This document shows positions 30,663 through 42,330 of a DNA stretch of 64,000 nt, in pieces; the stretch's first letter is position 1; each line of letters starts with the position of its first letter. A program made the position numbers and the translations under genes. The notes under the pieces were generated by a model. The model saw only the letters and a list, made by a program, of their open reading frames with translations. It searched no databases and was not told the origin of the DNA. The stretch is from contig CAXXDQ010000007.1 in assembly GCA_963664325.2 (NCBI GenBank), positions 192,001 through 256,000 of the forward strand, read 5' to 3'. This DNA comes from Desulfomonilia bacterium (lineage in GTDB: Bacteria > Desulfobacterota > Desulfomonilia > UBA1062).

Positions 30663-31817
30663 CTATGTCCGGTAATCCGCATTTATTTTAACATAGTCAT
30701 AGGATATATCGGTAGTCCATGCTGTGAACGTTCCTTTACCGATATTCAGGTTGATCTCTATGGTGATTTCCTTTTCCCTGAGCGCGAGATGAAGTTTCTT
30801 TTCATTAAAGTACTTTGACTGGATTCCCTGCTCCACAACATCGAGTCCGTTGATCTTTATGGAAATCTTGTCAGGGTTGACATCGGCACCGCTGTAACCG
30901 AGGGCGCATACGATTCTGCCCCAGTTTGGATCAGCTCCGAACAGTGCTGTTTTTACGAGAAGTGAATTGGCGACGGCCATTGCCGCGGTTTTTGCGTTCC
31001 CCCTTGAAACCGCGCCGTTGATGCAGATTTTGACAAGTTTTGTTGCGCCCTCTCCATCCCTGACGACCATCATAGCCAGTTCAGTTATCACTTCCCTGAT
31101 TACCTCTTTTATCTCATCGACTGAAGATTCAATTCTGCCCGATGAGAGTGCAACAAGTGTGTCATTGGTCGACATGTCGCCGTCTACTGTTATTACATTG
31201 AAACTGTTGTCCGTCGATTCAGTTACAATATTTTTCAGCTGGGCAATATTAATCTTGGCATCGGTCAGTATTACCGAAAGCATTGTAGCCATGTTGGGGG
31301 CAATCATACCCGCTCCTTTGGCAAAACCCAGAACCGTTGCATCCCCGGATTTTTTGGATACTATTTTGGGAAATGTGTCAGTCGTCATTATTGCAGTTTC
31401 AAATGGTTCAGGATCGCTACCAAGGGATCCTGCAAGCAGGCCGATTTTTTCGAGCATTCTGTCGACAGGGAGCCTCAATCCTATTACGCCTGTTGACATA
31501 GGCAATATCTCTTCAGGACCGATATCAAGGCGTTCAGAAAGAGCATTCATCAAAGCCCTTGCATCTTCAATACCTTCGGGTCCGGTACAGGCATTGGCAT
31601 TCCCCGAGTTTGCAAAAATAGCCCTGATTGTCCCTTTCTTGATGTTATCCATGCCGATTTGAACCGGCGCCGCCTTGACTTTGTTCGTTGTGAAAACACC
31701 CACGGCAGTAGCAGGAGAATCGCAAATAATAAGCCCCATATCGAGTTTCTTTGTTTCCCTGCTTTTTACCCCTGCATTAACTGCAGCAAATTTAAATCCA
31801 ACCGGTACGGCTATCAC
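30663..31817 (-). CDS. argJ: Ornithine acetyltransferase ArgJ
   Basis: [58 protein letters not shown]. Confidence 0.97.
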   Translation of the reverse strand: MIAVPVGFKFAAVNAGVKSRETKKLDMGLIICDSPATAVGVFTTNKVKAAPVQIGMDNIKKGTIRAIFANSGNANACTGPEGIEDARALMNALSERLDIGPEEILPMSTGVIGLRLPVDRMLEKIGLLAGSLGSDPEPFETAIMTTDTFPKIVSKKSGDATVLGFAKGAGMIAPNMATMLSVILTDAKINIAQLKNIVTESTDNSFNVITVDGDMSTNDTLVALSSGRIESSVDEIKEVIREVITELAMMVVRDGEGATKLVKICINGAVSRGNAKTAAMAVANSLLVKTALFGADPNWGRIVCALGYSGADVNPDKISIKINGLDVVEQGIQSKYFNEKKLHLALREKEITIEINLNIGKGTFTAWTTDISYDYVKINADYRT

Positions 31818-34447
31818 TCATTCCTCCCGCAACACTGTTTATATTTTTTCCCTGACCCGCACGGACACGGTTCGTTTCTTCCGATCTTTTTACCCTGCCT
31901 TCTAACGGTTTCAGGTTTGATTTCAGGTCCCCGGGTCATCATCATTCTCTGCCGGCGCTCCCTCTGCGATATGCGTTCAACATCGCTCTCCCTCTGAAGC
32001 TGCATCCTGAAGAGTCTTTCAAGCGTCAGCTCCCTTACCCTGGCGAGCATATCGGCAAAGGCATCATAGCCTTCCCTCTGATACTCCCTCAAGGGGTTTT
32101 TCTGGGCGTATCCTCTCAGTCCTATTCCTTCCTTCAAATGGTCCATTGAAAGCAGATGGTCTTTCCACAGCGTGTCAAGGGTTATGAGCATCACCTGGCG
32201 TTCTACCATCCTCATTATTTCAGGCGTAAATATCTTTTCGCGTTCGTCATAAAGAGCGAGGAGTTCCTTTACAACAGTGTCAAGAAGGTCCTCCCTTACG
32301 GTGGCCCTTGATTGCTCAAAGACCAGATCAAGGCCGAATGTGTTTTTAAGCCTTACTTTCAGTCCATCCATGTCAGAATCGTTGATATGGCCTTTTTTAA
32401 CGATGTATTCCTCGACGATGTCCCTTGCCGTCTGATTTATCATATCCTCGACAGACGTCCTGAGATTCTCTTTGGAAAGTATCTTCCTGCGTTCCGAATA
32501 GACAACCTCCCTCTGCTTGTTCATTACGTCGTCATATTCAAGGAGCTGTTTTCTTATTTCAAAGTTCCGGCCCTCGACCTTTTTCTGGGCGCTCTCGATG
32601 CTTCTGTTTATGAGCGGATGGACGATCGGTTCGTCCTCCTTGACACCTAGCCTGTCCATTATGGAAGATATTCGTTCCGAACCGAATATCCTCAACAGGT
32701 CATCTTCCAGGGAAAGATAAAATTTCGATTCACCGGGGTCTCCCTGGCGGCCGGAGCGGCCCCGAAGCTGATTGTCAATTCGCCTGCTTTCATGCCTTTC
32801 GGTACCGAGAATGAAAAGCCCGCCGGCATTGACGACTTCATCATGCTCTTTTGCGCAGGATTCCCTTAACTTCCCAAGGATATCTTCATAGTCGCTGTCT
32901 TCGGATTGCAGTGCCTTTTGTCTGGCCATGAATACGGGATTTCCGCCAAGCTGGATGTCGGTACCGCGGCCTGCCATATTTGTGGCTATTGTTATGGTCC
33001 CTTTTCTTCCCGCCTGGGCGACAATTTCGGCCTCCCTTTCGTGGTGCTTGGCGTTAAGGACATTGTGAGGCAGATTCTTGCGTTTTAAAAACTTTGAAAC
33101 CTTCTCGGAATTTTCTATTGAAATTGTGCCCACAAGAACAGGCTGCCCCTTTTTGTAGCAATCCTCAATCTGTCTGACAACGGCATTGTATTTTTCCTTC
33201 TCTGTCTTGTAGATAAGATCATTCTGGTCTATTCTTACCATCTGCATATTAGTGGGGATGACATTCACGTCAAGGTTATATATTTTTTTGAATTCCAGGG
33301 CTTCGGTCTCTGCCGTGCCCGTCATTCCGGCAAGCTTTTCGTACATCCTGAAATAATTCTGGAATGTGATCGAGGCGAGCGTCTGGTTTTCGCTTGCGAC
33401 ATTGACGCCTTCCTTTGCCTCAAGTGCCTGGTGCAGCCCTTCCGAATAACGCCTCCCGGGCATAAGGCGGCCGGTAAATTCGTCCACTATGAGCACTTCA
33501 CCATCCTTAACGACGTAATCGACATCCCTGTTGAAGAGAGTGTGGGCCCTGAGCGCCTGGTTAAGGTGGTGCACGGTCTGGAACTCGCCGGGATCGTAAA
33601 GATTTTCCTTGCTCATGAATTTCTGGATATATTCAACGCCCTCGTCTGTTAGCGTAACCGTCCTGGCCTTTTCATCAAGATTGATGAGGCTCTCTTTATT
33701 GTCGCGTTTGAGCAGGGATACTATCGCTGCATTTGCTTCATAATACATTGTGGTAGATTCTTCTGACGGACCCGAGATAATAAGCGGTGTCCTGGCCTCA
33801 TCAATGAGGATCGAGTCGACCTCATCGACGATTGCATAGAAAAAATCACGCTGGACATAGTCATCAAGCGTGAATTTCATGTTGTCCCTGAGAAAATCAA
33901 AACCGAATTCATTGTTTGTACCGTAGGTGATGTCAGAAAAATATGCCTCACGGCGCTGGATGTCGTCTAAACCATGAACAATCACGCCGACCGACATACC
34001 CAGGAACTTGTATATCGCGCCCATCCACTCCGCATCACGCCTTGCAAGATAGTCGTTGACCGTTACAACATGTGTGCCCTTGCCGGCAAGAGCATTCAGG
34101 TATACAGGCATTGTCGCAACAAGCGTTTTACCTTCACCCGTTTTCATTTCGGCGATTCTGCCTTCATGAAGAACAAGGCCGCCCAGTATCTGCACATCGA
34201 ACGGGCGCATCTTGAGGGTTCTTTTAGAGACTTCCCTTACAACAGCAAAGGCATCGGGAAGAATATCATTCAGCCTGGCTCCCATTTCGAGCTTTTCTTT
34301 TAATGCCGGGGTCGTCCCCTTGAGGCCGGCATCATCCATGGCCGAGTATTTCTTTTCAAGGGAGTTCACCTGATCAAGCAGGGGTTTTATGCGTTTTATT
34401 TCCCTATCATTGCTGCTTCCGAATATTTTTATAAGCCAGTTAATCAT
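31814..34447 (-). CDS. secA: Preprotein translocase ATPase SecA
   Basis: [48 protein letters not shown]-terminal [13 protein letters not shown]. Confidence 0.99.
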   Translation of the reverse strand: MINWLIKIFGSSNDREIKRIKPLLDQVNSLEKKYSAMDDAGLKGTTPALKEKLEMGARLNDILPDAFAVVREVSKRTLKMRPFDVQILGGLVLHEGRIAEMKTGEGKTLVATMPVYLNALAGKGTHVVTVNDYLARRDAEWMGAIYKFLGMSVGVIVHGLDDIQRREAYFSDITYGTNNEFGFDFLRDNMKFTLDDYVQRDFFYAIVDEVDSILIDEARTPLIISGPSEESTTMYYEANAAIVSLLKRDNKESLINLDEKARTVTLTDEGVEYIQKFMSKENLYDPGEFQTVHHLNQALRAHTLFNRDVDYVVKDGEVLIVDEFTGRLMPGRRYSEGLHQALEAKEGVNVASENQTLASITFQNYFRMYEKLAGMTGTAETEALEFKKIYNLDVNVIPTNMQMVRIDQNDLIYKTEKEKYNAVVRQIEDCYKKGQPVLVGTISIENSEKVSKFLKRKNLPHNVLNAKHHEREAEIVAQAGRKGTITIATNMAGRGTDIQLGGNPVFMARQKALQSEDSDYEDILGKLRESCAKEHDEVVNAGGLFILGTERHESRRIDNQLRGRSGRQGDPGESKFYLSLEDDLLRIFGSERISSIMDRLGVKEDEPIVHPLINRSIESAQKKVEGRNFEIRKQLLEYDDVMNKQREVVYSERRKILSKENLRTSVEDMINQTARDIVEEYIVKKGHINDSDMDGLKVRLKNTFGLDLVFEQSRATVREDLLDTVVKELLALYDEREKIFTPEIMRMVERQVMLITLDTLWKDHLLSMDHLKEGIGLRGYAQKNPLREYQREGYDAFADMLARVRELTLERLFRMQLQRESDVERISQRERRQRMMMTRGPEIKPETVRRQGKKIGRNEPCPCGSGKKYKQCCGRNE

Positions 34448-34469
34448 TCTTTATCACCCGTTATAAATA

Positions 34470-35807
34470 TTATTGGGAACTTATGTCCATTTCATCAATC
34501 AGGATCGAAGGGGTCTGGACGCTGCCGAAGCTCCTTACGTCATCACCTACATGAACGACATGTCCAAGCATTGAAAAGAGGTTTCCTGCGATCGCAGCTT
34601 CTCTGACCGGATATGCTTCAACCCCATTTTCAATCAGCATCCCGTTCACACCGACGGAAAATTCACCTGAAATCGGATCTACCGTATGCATCCCCATTAT
34701 ATCTGTCACTTTCAATATCTGCTTGAGGCCATTAAGTACCCCCGCCATACTGCTTCCGGGCTCAAGCTTCAGATGCCTGACGCTCAGTACCGGAGAAGAT
34801 CTGTATGAACCCCTTATTGAATTTCCGGTTGAAGACCTGCCTGCAACTTTCCCCCAGTAGCTGTCGTATACGAATGAAGCAACCCTGCCCTTTTCAATCA
34901 GGACATTTCTCCTTGAGGCAACACCCTCCCCATCAAAGGCGAAGCTGTTGATGGAATTCTTTTCAAGAGGATCATCCAGCAGTGTGATGCAGGGAGAAAA
35001 ATAAACTTCCCCCAGCCTTTCTTTTAAAAGCGACTTGCCCTTTATGATATTTTCCCCGACAAAAGACCCGGATATGGTCTCAAGGATATCGGCGGTCGTT
35101 ACATTATCGAACAGAACTGGCATTTTGCACGTAACGATATGTCTTGCCCCGAGCATGGACACGGCATTTTTGGAGGCGGTCAGGCCTGTTTTTTCAAGCT
35201 CAATGTCCTTCAGGTTGTGGCTTATGGAAAAATCATATCCGGACTGCATTTCTTCGCCGCTGCCTGCCATGACCATAACTGATGCGGAACAATAGGTGGC
35301 TTTCCCCGTAACATCAATCCCGGCGGAGTTAACAATTCTAACATATGCCAGTGTCCTGGCAAATGTGGCTTTTCTGACTTGCCTGACGCGTTTATCAAAT
35401 GTAAGCGCCGAGCTTTCAACTGCTTTTGCTTTTTCAAGGCATTCCTCTGCAGAAAGTTTTTCTATATCATTGTCAAATATATCTGCTTGTCGGTATTCAC
35501 CTTCCGGTACAGGTATTATGTTGTATTCATCGGCAAACTGGTATCTAGCAGATTTCATGGCTGATTCGATAAGAGACTTATCTGCATCTTTTCCATAGGC
35601 AAAACCCATCGAGCCTTCGGCAAGGATTCTTACGGATATCCCTGACTCCGTTGCCCTTTCAAGGTTTTTCATTTCACGTTCTTCTGCTTCGGCCCTGATT
35701 ATATCACCTGAAGACGCAAAGACTTCGTAGCTGTTAATTCCCTTGCTTTTCAGCAGGGACAATGCCCTTCCTATTTTTTCGTCAAGCACGCTAAGCAAAT
35801 TGATCAC
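34470..35807 (-). CDS. pmbA: TldD/PmbA-family peptidase subunit (PmbA/TldE-like)
   Basis: FDGEGVAS, STGNSIR, GMHTVDPISGEFS, TPSILI. No HExxxH motif. Confidence 0.88.
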   Translation of the reverse strand: MINLLSVLDEKIGRALSLLKSKGINSYEVFASSGDIIRAEAEEREMKNLERATESGISVRILAEGSMGFAYGKDADKSLIESAMKSARYQFADEYNIIPVPEGEYRQADIFDNDIEKLSAEECLEKAKAVESSALTFDKRVRQVRKATFARTLAYVRIVNSAGIDVTGKATYCSASVMVMAGSGEEMQSGYDFSISHNLKDIELEKTGLTASKNAVSMLGARHIVTCKMPVLFDNVTTADILETISGSFVGENIIKGKSLLKERLGEVYFSPCITLLDDPLEKNSINSFAFDGEGVASRRNVLIEKGRVASFVYDSYWGKVAGRSSTGNSIRGSYRSSPVLSVRHLKLEPGSSMAGVLNGLKQILKVTDIMGMHTVDPISGEFSVGVNGMLIENGVEAYPVREAAIAGNLFSMLGHVVHVGDDVRSFGSVQTPSILIDEMDISSQ

Positions 35808-35811
35808 CCCG

Positions 35812-36267
35812 TCAGATGGTATATATCATGGCCGTTTCATCGCAGTCGGGAAAATGCGGACAATGTATGCAGTCGGCCCATATTTTGTTCGGGAGCTTCG
35901 ATTTATCGACATTTTTAAACCCGGCTTTTCTGAAAAAACCCTCCTTGTATGTCAATGTGAATACCTTTTTCAGACCAAGTTCTTTCGCCTCATTTAGGCA
36001 TTTTTCGACAAGCTCCAGTCCATATCCCCTTCCCTGCATATCCTTTCTGACGGCCAGTGTCCTTATTTCACCGATATCGTCCCAGGATACCTGTACCGCG
36101 GAACACCCGATGAACAGGCCGCCATCGTCCGTCATTATCCAGAAATCCCTTATCGATGTATAAAGCGCATGAAGGGACTTGGGCAGGATAAGCCCCTCTT
36201 TGACAAATGGTTCTATCAGTTTCTTGATTTCTGTAACATCAGCAACAACGGCTTTTCTAATCATCAT
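35812..36267 (-). CDS. GNAT N-acetyltransferase (short ArgA-like)
   Basis: EIRTLAV, QGRGYG, VFTLTY, LPNKIWADCIHCPHFPDCDE. Close to argJ. Confidence 0.85.
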   Translation of the reverse strand: MMIRKAVVADVTEIKKLIEPFVKEGLILPKSLHALYTSIRDFWIMTDDGGLFIGCSAVQVSWDDIGEIRTLAVRKDMQGRGYGLELVEKCLNEAKELGLKKVFTLTYKEGFFRKAGFKNVDKSKLPNKIWADCIHCPHFPDCDETAMIYTI

Positions 36268-36433
36268 TTACCCGGCATAACATAATAAATAAAAAGTTTT
36301 AAGTTATAAGTTTTTTAGGAAAGCGGCAATCTTCAGACAGTATGAAGCCATAAGCGGATTAAGAAAAAAACAACTCAATTAACTTTCACACGTGGTTTCC
36401 ATACCGAAAGAATATCATATTCCTGTTAAGCTG

Positions 36434-38086
36434 TTATTTTGAATTTTTAACCAGTTTCCTTGCATGTTTTATCAGGGCTTCACCGGGGGTTTCACCGCCC
36501 ATCATTCTTGCCAGTTCAGCCACCCTCTTCTCTCCCTTAACTGTTTTAACCGAAGAAAATGTTTTGCCACCCAATATATTTTTTTCCACCACAAGATGCA
36601 CATCTGCTGCAGAAGCGACCTGATGCAGATGAGTTACAATTATTGCCTGGGATTTCTCGGATATGTTTTTAAGCTTATCTGCAATCATTATGGCAGCCTG
36701 TCCTCCAATACCAGCATCTATCTCATCAAATATCATGGATCCATCGAGACCTTTTCTCTGTCTTGCCTTTATGGCGAGCATAATCCTGCTGAGCTCTCCT
36801 CCTGAGGCAGCACGGGCAAGCGGGATCATATCAAGACCGACATTGGTTGAAACCATGAATTCCCCATCAAGAAGTTGTCCCGGTGAAAGAGCATGTACTT
36901 CATTTCTGGAAAAGATTTCACTGAGTTCTTGATGGGTGATCTGACTGACCTTGAAAATAGTCCCGGGCATGCCCAGATCTTCAAGGTCCCTGTTTATGCT
37001 CTTCGAAAACGCATCTGCAACAGAGAGCCTTTTCAGAAGAAAGGCCTCAATATCAGTCCGGTAGTCCTGAAGCCCGTTTTTGAGTGATTGCATCGCTTCT
37101 TCAACTGCCTGTGATGAATCTTCTATCAATGCCAGCTCTTCTTTTGCCTTGTCTTTTATCATGACAAGGCCTGCCTCATCGGTCCGGTACTTTCTTTTAA
37201 GATCGGACAGCATGTGAAGCCTTGCCTCAAGCTCTTCAATTCTGGCCCGGTCAAATTCATATTCCCGCGACAGGTTTAAAAGCCCCTGTGCCATGTCCTC
37301 AACCTCAACTGAAATGGCCGTAATGCCGGTTAGTACAGAGGAAATACGTTTATCGTGTGACATCATTTTTGAAAGTATGCCCTTAACATCTGACAGGATG
37401 TCTGTAATGGAATGGCTGTCAGAATAAAGCATACCGTTCAGTCTGAGGGAAGATTCCTGAAGCTCTTGAGCCGATAATGCAACTTCAAGATCGGTTTTAA
37501 GTTCTGTTTCAAGGTTTTCATGGATTTCAGCAGCTTCTATTTCCAGGACCGTATGCTCGAGGTTCGCGCGTTCAGAGGTGGCGGTTTCTATAAGCTTATG
37601 CCTTTGAACAAGCTTTTCGTTCAAGACCTTAAGCCGTTCATAATTCTCAAATATATTCTGCCTGGAAAGGGAAAAGATATCCTCAAGAATGCGCATCTGC
37701 TCCCTTGGCGACAGCAGATCCTGGTATTCATGCTGGCCGTAAATATGAATCAACCCGGAAGAGATCTGGCCAAGTTTATCAAGAGTTGACAGTTCACCAT
37801 TTATAAAGCAACGGCTTCTTCCTGAGGCTGGAATCTCTCTGCGCAGAACCGTTTCAATACCGTCGTCATGTATGAGCGCCTCGATTATCGCTTTATCTCG
37901 GCCTGTCCTTACCAGATCAGTGGATGTTCTGGCCCCCATGAGAAATGTCAGTGCATTTATTATAAGTGATTTACCTGCACCTGTTTCTCCTGTGATGCAG
38001 TTGAGACCTTCTCCAAATTCGATTTCAGTTTCATCAAAGACTGCAAGAGATGAAATCTTGAGAAGTTCAATCATCTTTCCTGCCAT
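36434..38086 (-). CDS. recN: DNA repair protein RecN
   Basis: TGETGAGKS, IYGQHE, ASGGELSRIMLA, FDEIDAGIGG, VTHLHQVA. Confidence 0.96.
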   Translation of the reverse strand: MAGKMIELLKISSLAVFDETEIEFGEGLNCITGETGAGKSLIINALTFLMGARTSTDLVRTGRDKAIIEALIHDDGIETVLRREIPASGRSRCFINGELSTLDKLGQISSGLIHIYGQHEYQDLLSPREQMRILEDIFSLSRQNIFENYERLKVLNEKLVQRHKLIETATSERANLEHTVLEIEAAEIHENLETELKTDLEVALSAQELQESSLRLNGMLYSDSHSITDILSDVKGILSKMMSHDKRISSVLTGITAISVEVEDMAQGLLNLSREYEFDRARIEELEARLHMLSDLKRKYRTDEAGLVMIKDKAKEELALIEDSSQAVEEAMQSLKNGLQDYRTDIEAFLLKRLSVADAFSKSINRDLEDLGMPGTIFKVSQITHQELSEIFSRNEVHALSPGQLLDGEFMVSTNVGLDMIPLARAASGGELSRIMLAIKARQRKGLDGSMIFDEIDAGIGGQAAIMIADKLKNISEKSQAIIVTHLHQVASAADVHLVVEKNILGGKTFSSVKTVKGEKRVAELARMMGGETPGEALIKHARKLVKNSK

Positions 38087-38919
38087 TTAAGCTTGGTTCT
38101 CAGCACCTGAAAGAAATCCCTGTCGGGAAGCCTTAAAAAAATTGCCTTTTCTTTTGCACATTTGACGTTCACCCGGTCGCCCATCATAAGCGGCATGCCT
38201 TTCTGGCCGTCAAGCGTCAGGTAAACGCTCCCCGATTCTTTCTTGGGATTTACAATGAGTGTAACCTCCTGATCGACAGGCAGTACAATACTCCTGTTTG
38301 AAAGGACATGGGGACATATAGGGGTCAGTATTATAGAATCGACTTTGGGATGTATTATGGGTCCGTTTGCAGCCAGATTGTAAGCAGTCGAACCTGTAGG
38401 GGTTGATACAATGAGACCGTCAGCCCTGAAACACGTTATGAATGTTGAATCCGCCCACACCTCCAGGTCAAATATCCGGGCAAGAGCACCCTTATTCAGT
38501 ACCACATCATTCACCACGTTTTGCCTTATTATCTCTTCTTTTCCCCTTAACAGGCTGGCCTCAAGCATTATCCTTTCATCCCTGATGCATTCGCCTTTAA
38601 GGGCGGCATCAATTGCCTCGTATGCCCTTTCTTCTGTGACTTCGGTTAGAAAGCCAAGGAATCCCATATGTATACCGAGTATGGGAATTTCCTTGGGAAG
38701 AGACATCCTGATAGCCCTTAAAAGAGTGCCGTCTCCCCCGATTACGACCATTATATCAGCGCCTGTCCAGACATTTTTTGTTTTAGGTTTATCCATGTAG
38801 TCTGCAATATGGTCTTCATAAAGGCAGGGGATTTTTCTGATCATCAACCACTCTGTAACTTTGGCAGCCTGCCAGAGCGCATGGGAATTATCTTCTTTGC
38901 ATATGATACCTATCTTCAT
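38071..38919 (-). CDS. nadK: NAD+ kinase
   Basis: GGDGTLL, NDVV, ADGLIVSTPTGSTAY, TPICPH. Confidence 0.96.
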   Translation of the reverse strand: MKIGIICKEDNSHALWQAAKVTEWLMIRKIPCLYEDHIADYMDKPKTKNVWTGADIMVVIGGDGTLLRAIRMSLPKEIPILGIHMGFLGFLTEVTEERAYEAIDAALKGECIRDERIMLEASLLRGKEEIIRQNVVNDVVLNKGALARIFDLEVWADSTFITCFRADGLIVSTPTGSTAYNLAANGPIIHPKVDSIILTPICPHVLSNRSIVLPVDQEVTLIVNPKKESGSVYLTLDGQKGMPLMMGDRVNVKCAKEKAIFLRLPDRDFFQVLRTKLKWQER

Positions 38920-39293
38920 TTATGGATAATATACATTTCGCTGAAATAAATATCCAGATTGAAAAAGAAAAATCCCGGCATGTTAAATATCAGGATTTGT
39001 ATTCCAACAGATTTGAACCGGTTTCTTTTACGGATTTGCCTATATTAGATTTAAATCAGGCAATGGTTGTAAGGTGAGATATTTTATAAAGTCAGACGGC
39101 GCTTTTTCTTTATGGTGGGTGAAAACAGTTGTGCCTTGATTCGACATTTGGAATCCTTCACATGGTTATTTCAGAGAACTTTCCGCGGCAAGAAAAGCTA
39201 TCACGTTTAGTGAGTTGAAGTTTCCGCTCTACTCGAAATTATAAAAAGACGTTGACATGTCTGATGGGTAAAAACACCTATTCCTTGTTATTG

Positions 39294-40580
39294 TTATCCA
39301 TGCTCCAAGCAGGCAACTGTTTCGATATGATATGTTTGTGGGAACATATCGAACATTTTCAGCGTTTTCAGCAAATAGCCGCTATTCTGTAAAACCTGTA
39401 AATCTCTTGCAAGAGTGGATATATTACATGAAACATAAACAATCTTCTCCGGGTTCAATCTGTCAATGCCATATAGCAAGTTTGCGGCACCTGTCCTTGG
39501 CGGATCCATAATTACCGCATCATATTTTGTTTTCCGGATTGTCAATGAATCCATGCTGCTGCTTATATCAGATGTTATTACGTGCACATTTTCCAGGCCG
39601 TTAATAATAGCGTTTTTTAAAACAAATCCAGTAAGCCTGCTGTCATGATCTATCCCGGTGACTTCTTTGCAAACAGAAGCCAGGGGAACCGTGAAATTTC
39701 CGCAGCCGCAATAGAGATCAAGAACCTTTTCAGATCCTTTCACATAGTCAATTACATGTTTGACCATCAACTGGTTTACATAAAGGTTTGTCTGGATAAA
39801 TCCACCGAGTCTCCCCGTTATGATGAAGTCTCTTTCAAATGTTTCTATCTTGTAAATAAAACATTCGTCACCGATGTTTTCCTGGATGTGTGATGCCGGA
39901 TTTATAATTACCGCACCAGATATATTCAAATCCTTACACATGCTTGAAATTTCAATTGCCATTCTATTGTCTGTCTTTTGCATTGAATGAACAATAATCT
40001 GTGCGCCATTTCCAAGAGCAAACAATTCACATCCTGCAAGTTTGTTCCGAAACGAAAGTTTAAATATGTTTTTTATTAAAATGGGCAATATGTCTCTTAT
40101 TTTTCGTTCTGCAATCGGGCAATCATTGATTTGAACGATATTGTTTGTTTTCTTCATATAGAATCCGGCTGAAGATCCGGTGCATTGAAGGTGTATGTGA
40201 TTCCTGTATTCATACTCTTTAGGTGAACTTTCAGGCGGATAACATTCGGTATGCTCTTCTGATATTATCTTTCTCAGATGGTTTTTCATGATTGTTTCTT
40301 TCCATTTTATCTGTTCGGAATACTGTATGTGTTGCCAGTCGCATCCGCCGCATGACTTGAAATTACCACATATTGGCTCAATCCTGTATGGGGAAGCCTT
40401 TATTATTTCTTCGGGTACAGCTTCAAGGTATGAAGCATGTTTTTTTACTATTTTTGCATTTACGGTTTCACCGGGTATGACATGAGAAACAAAAACAGCC
40501 AGACCTTCATCTGTTCTTGATACCCCCCTGCCCCCATAGGAAAGACTGTTGATGTCAAGTTTCAAAATATCCTTAAGCAT
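39294..40580 (-). CDS. rlmD: RNA m5U methyltransferase (RlmD/TrmA family with TRAM domain)
   Basis: CGNFKSCGGCDWQH Fe-S motif, FIQTN, DLYCGCG, DPPRTG, YVSCN, DMFPQTYHIE. Start trimmed to 40580. Confidence 0.9.
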   Translation of the reverse strand: MLKDILKLDINSLSYGGRGVSRTDEGLAVFVSHVIPGETVNAKIVKKHASYLEAVPEEIIKASPYRIEPICGNFKSCGGCDWQHIQYSEQIKWKETIMKNHLRKIISEEHTECYPPESSPKEYEYRNHIHLQCTGSSAGFYMKKTNNIVQINDCPIAERKIRDILPILIKNIFKLSFRNKLAGCELFALGNGAQIIVHSMQKTDNRMAIEISSMCKDLNISGAVIINPASHIQENIGDECFIYKIETFERDFIITGRLGGFIQTNLYVNQLMVKHVIDYVKGSEKVLDLYCGCGNFTVPLASVCKEVTGIDHDSRLTGFVLKNAIINGLENVHVITSDISSSMDSLTIRKTKYDAVIMDPPRTGAANLLYGIDRLNPEKIVYVSCNISTLARDLQVLQNSGYLLKTLKMFDMFPQTYHIETVACLEHG

Positions 40581-40664
40581 TATTTTTTTGTAACAATTCA
40601 AGACATTACTTGCAACGTAAATACCTTTGCAGATATATCGAGAAAAAATATTATGGAGAACTAA

Positions 40665-41321
40665 ATGGAACTGATAATGCACTTTATAGATATTTTTCTT
40701 CATCTTGATATATACTTGGCTGATGTGATGCGTGATTACCGGACATGGACATATCTGCTGCTTTTTATCGTTATATTTTGCGAAACAGGATTAGTCGTAA
40801 CTCCAATTCTTCCAGGGGATTCCCTTTTATTTGCCGGGGGTGCATTGTCTGCTTTGCCAAACAGTCCGCTTTCTCATATCAATCTTTTCGTTTTACTGGC
40901 TTTTGCAGCCATTTGCGGGGATAATACCAATTACTGGATTGGAAGATGGATAGGCCCCAAGGCTTTTCATTTTAAGAAATCTCGTTTTTTTAATCCGGTT
41001 TATCTTCAGAAGACACATGCATTTTATGAAAAACATGGTGGCAAGACAATAATCCTTGCCAGGTTCATGCCTATTATTCGGACGTTTGCGCCTTTTGTGG
41101 CAGGCGTTGGGACCATGAAATACGCAAAATTTTTGTTTTTCAGTATTACTGGTGGCATTTCGTGGATGTTCACTTTTATTTTTGCCGGATACTATTTTGG
41201 AAATATTCCTGTTGTCAAAAAGAACTTCACACTTGTTGTCATGGCAATAATCATCATATCGGTAATGCCGGCAATGATTGGTGGATATAAGAGCTGGCGT
41301 GCTGGAGGAAATGTAAATTAA
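40665..41321 (+). CDS. dedA: DedA-family membrane protein
   Basis: FCETGLVVTPILPGDSLLF, GDNTNYWIG, ARFMPIIRTFAPFVAG. Confidence 0.95.
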   Translation: MELIMHFIDIFLHLDIYLADVMRDYRTWTYLLLFIVIFCETGLVVTPILPGDSLLFAGGALSALPNSPLSHINLFVLLAFAAICGDNTNYWIGRWIGPKAFHFKKSRFFNPVYLQKTHAFYEKHGGKTIILARFMPIIRTFAPFVAGVGTMKYAKFLFFSITGGISWMFTFIFAGYYFGNIPVVKKNFTLVVMAIIIISVMPAMIGGYKSWRAGGNVN

Positions 41322-41472
41322 GTTCATATTTTTGAAGTAATATCCAACATGAAATTATTAAGGTGATTTCGATATTGTGAAATATAGTTAAATTATCATT
41401 ATTTCAATTATACCATAACTTCCTAATATTACTTTCAATACAACAATTATTTGAATGATAAAAAAAATAACA

Positions 41473-41501
41473 TTGACAATGTGTATTTTGTGGGCTAACA
41501 T
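41473..41501 (+). promoter_or_regulatory. sigma70-type promoter of the sigma factor gene
   Basis: TTGACA-17nt-TAACAT preceded by an A-tract. Confidence 0.65.
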
Positions 41502-41548
41502 TGTAATACAATATAACATTTCATAATTATACTGAGGAAGGAGGGTCT

Positions 41549-42307
41549 ATGGGGGGCAGGTGTTCTTCTTCAGATTTGGAGATTTACACAAGGAGGATCA
41601 AAGATTATCCGATTCTTTCAAGAGAAGAGGAAATTGAACTGGCGAGAAAATATAAGGAAGGCAACGAAGAAGCCGGTAAAAAGATCGTAACTTCAAATCT
41701 GAGATTTGTCATGAAAGTCAGTCAGTCATATTTTCATCTGGGTTACCGTCCGCTAGAAATCATTCAGGAAGGCAATATGGGATTGGTGAAGGCAATTACC
41801 AGGTTTGATCCTGACAAAGGTGTGCGTTTCATATGTTATGCGATATGGTGGATAAAGGCATACATCAAGAACTATATCTATAAAAGTTACCAAGCGCACA
41901 CAGGTGTCCTTTCACATGCAAAAGGTCTTGTTTCTCTTGATTGCAGCCTTTCACGGGATCCCGATGAAGATGATAAGCTCCTGGATCACATGCTCGATGA
42001 AACCCCTGACCAGGAAAATGCATATGTTTGCAAGGAGCGCCAGACGTTTTTAATGAACATAATTTCTTCCGAACCGCAGGTGTTGTCAAACAGGGAAATA
42101 TTCATTCTGAAAGAACGGTTTTTCGCTGATCCCCCTGCAACTCTAAAAGATATCGCCTCAAGGATTGGAGTTACCAGGGAGAGAGTCAGACAGATAGAAG
42201 CCCGATCTCTTCAGAGAATTAGAAACGTTATTGAAACAAAACATGCTATGCTCTTTGATGACATTATCGACAGTACAACATTAAAAATGAAACGCAGAAG
42301 GGTATAA
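41549..42307 (+). CDS. Group-3 sigma70-family factor (RpoH-like, shortened)
   Basis: SNLRFVMKVS, IQEGNMGLVKAITRFDP, YAIWWIKAYI, TLKDIA...GVTRERVRQIE. Confidence 0.88.
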   Translation: MGGRCSSSDLEIYTRRIKDYPILSREEEIELARKYKEGNEEAGKKIVTSNLRFVMKVSQSYFHLGYRPLEIIQEGNMGLVKAITRFDPDKGVRFICYAIWWIKAYIKNYIYKSYQAHTGVLSHAKGLVSLDCSLSRDPDEDDKLLDHMLDETPDQENAYVCKERQTFLMNIISSEPQVLSNREIFILKERFFADPPATLKDIASRIGVTRERVRQIEARSLQRIRNVIETKHAMLFDDIIDSTTLKMKRRRV

Positions 42308-42330
42308 TATAGAAATAGCTGATTCGTTTC

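Noticed and set aside
38920-39293. Intergenic region between rlmD and nadK
   Set aside because: Only short palindromes. No credible ORF or RNA motif.
40581-40703. N-terminal extension of rlmD overlapping dedA
   Set aside because: It spans the divergent promoter region, and the TRAM domain begins after ATG 40580.
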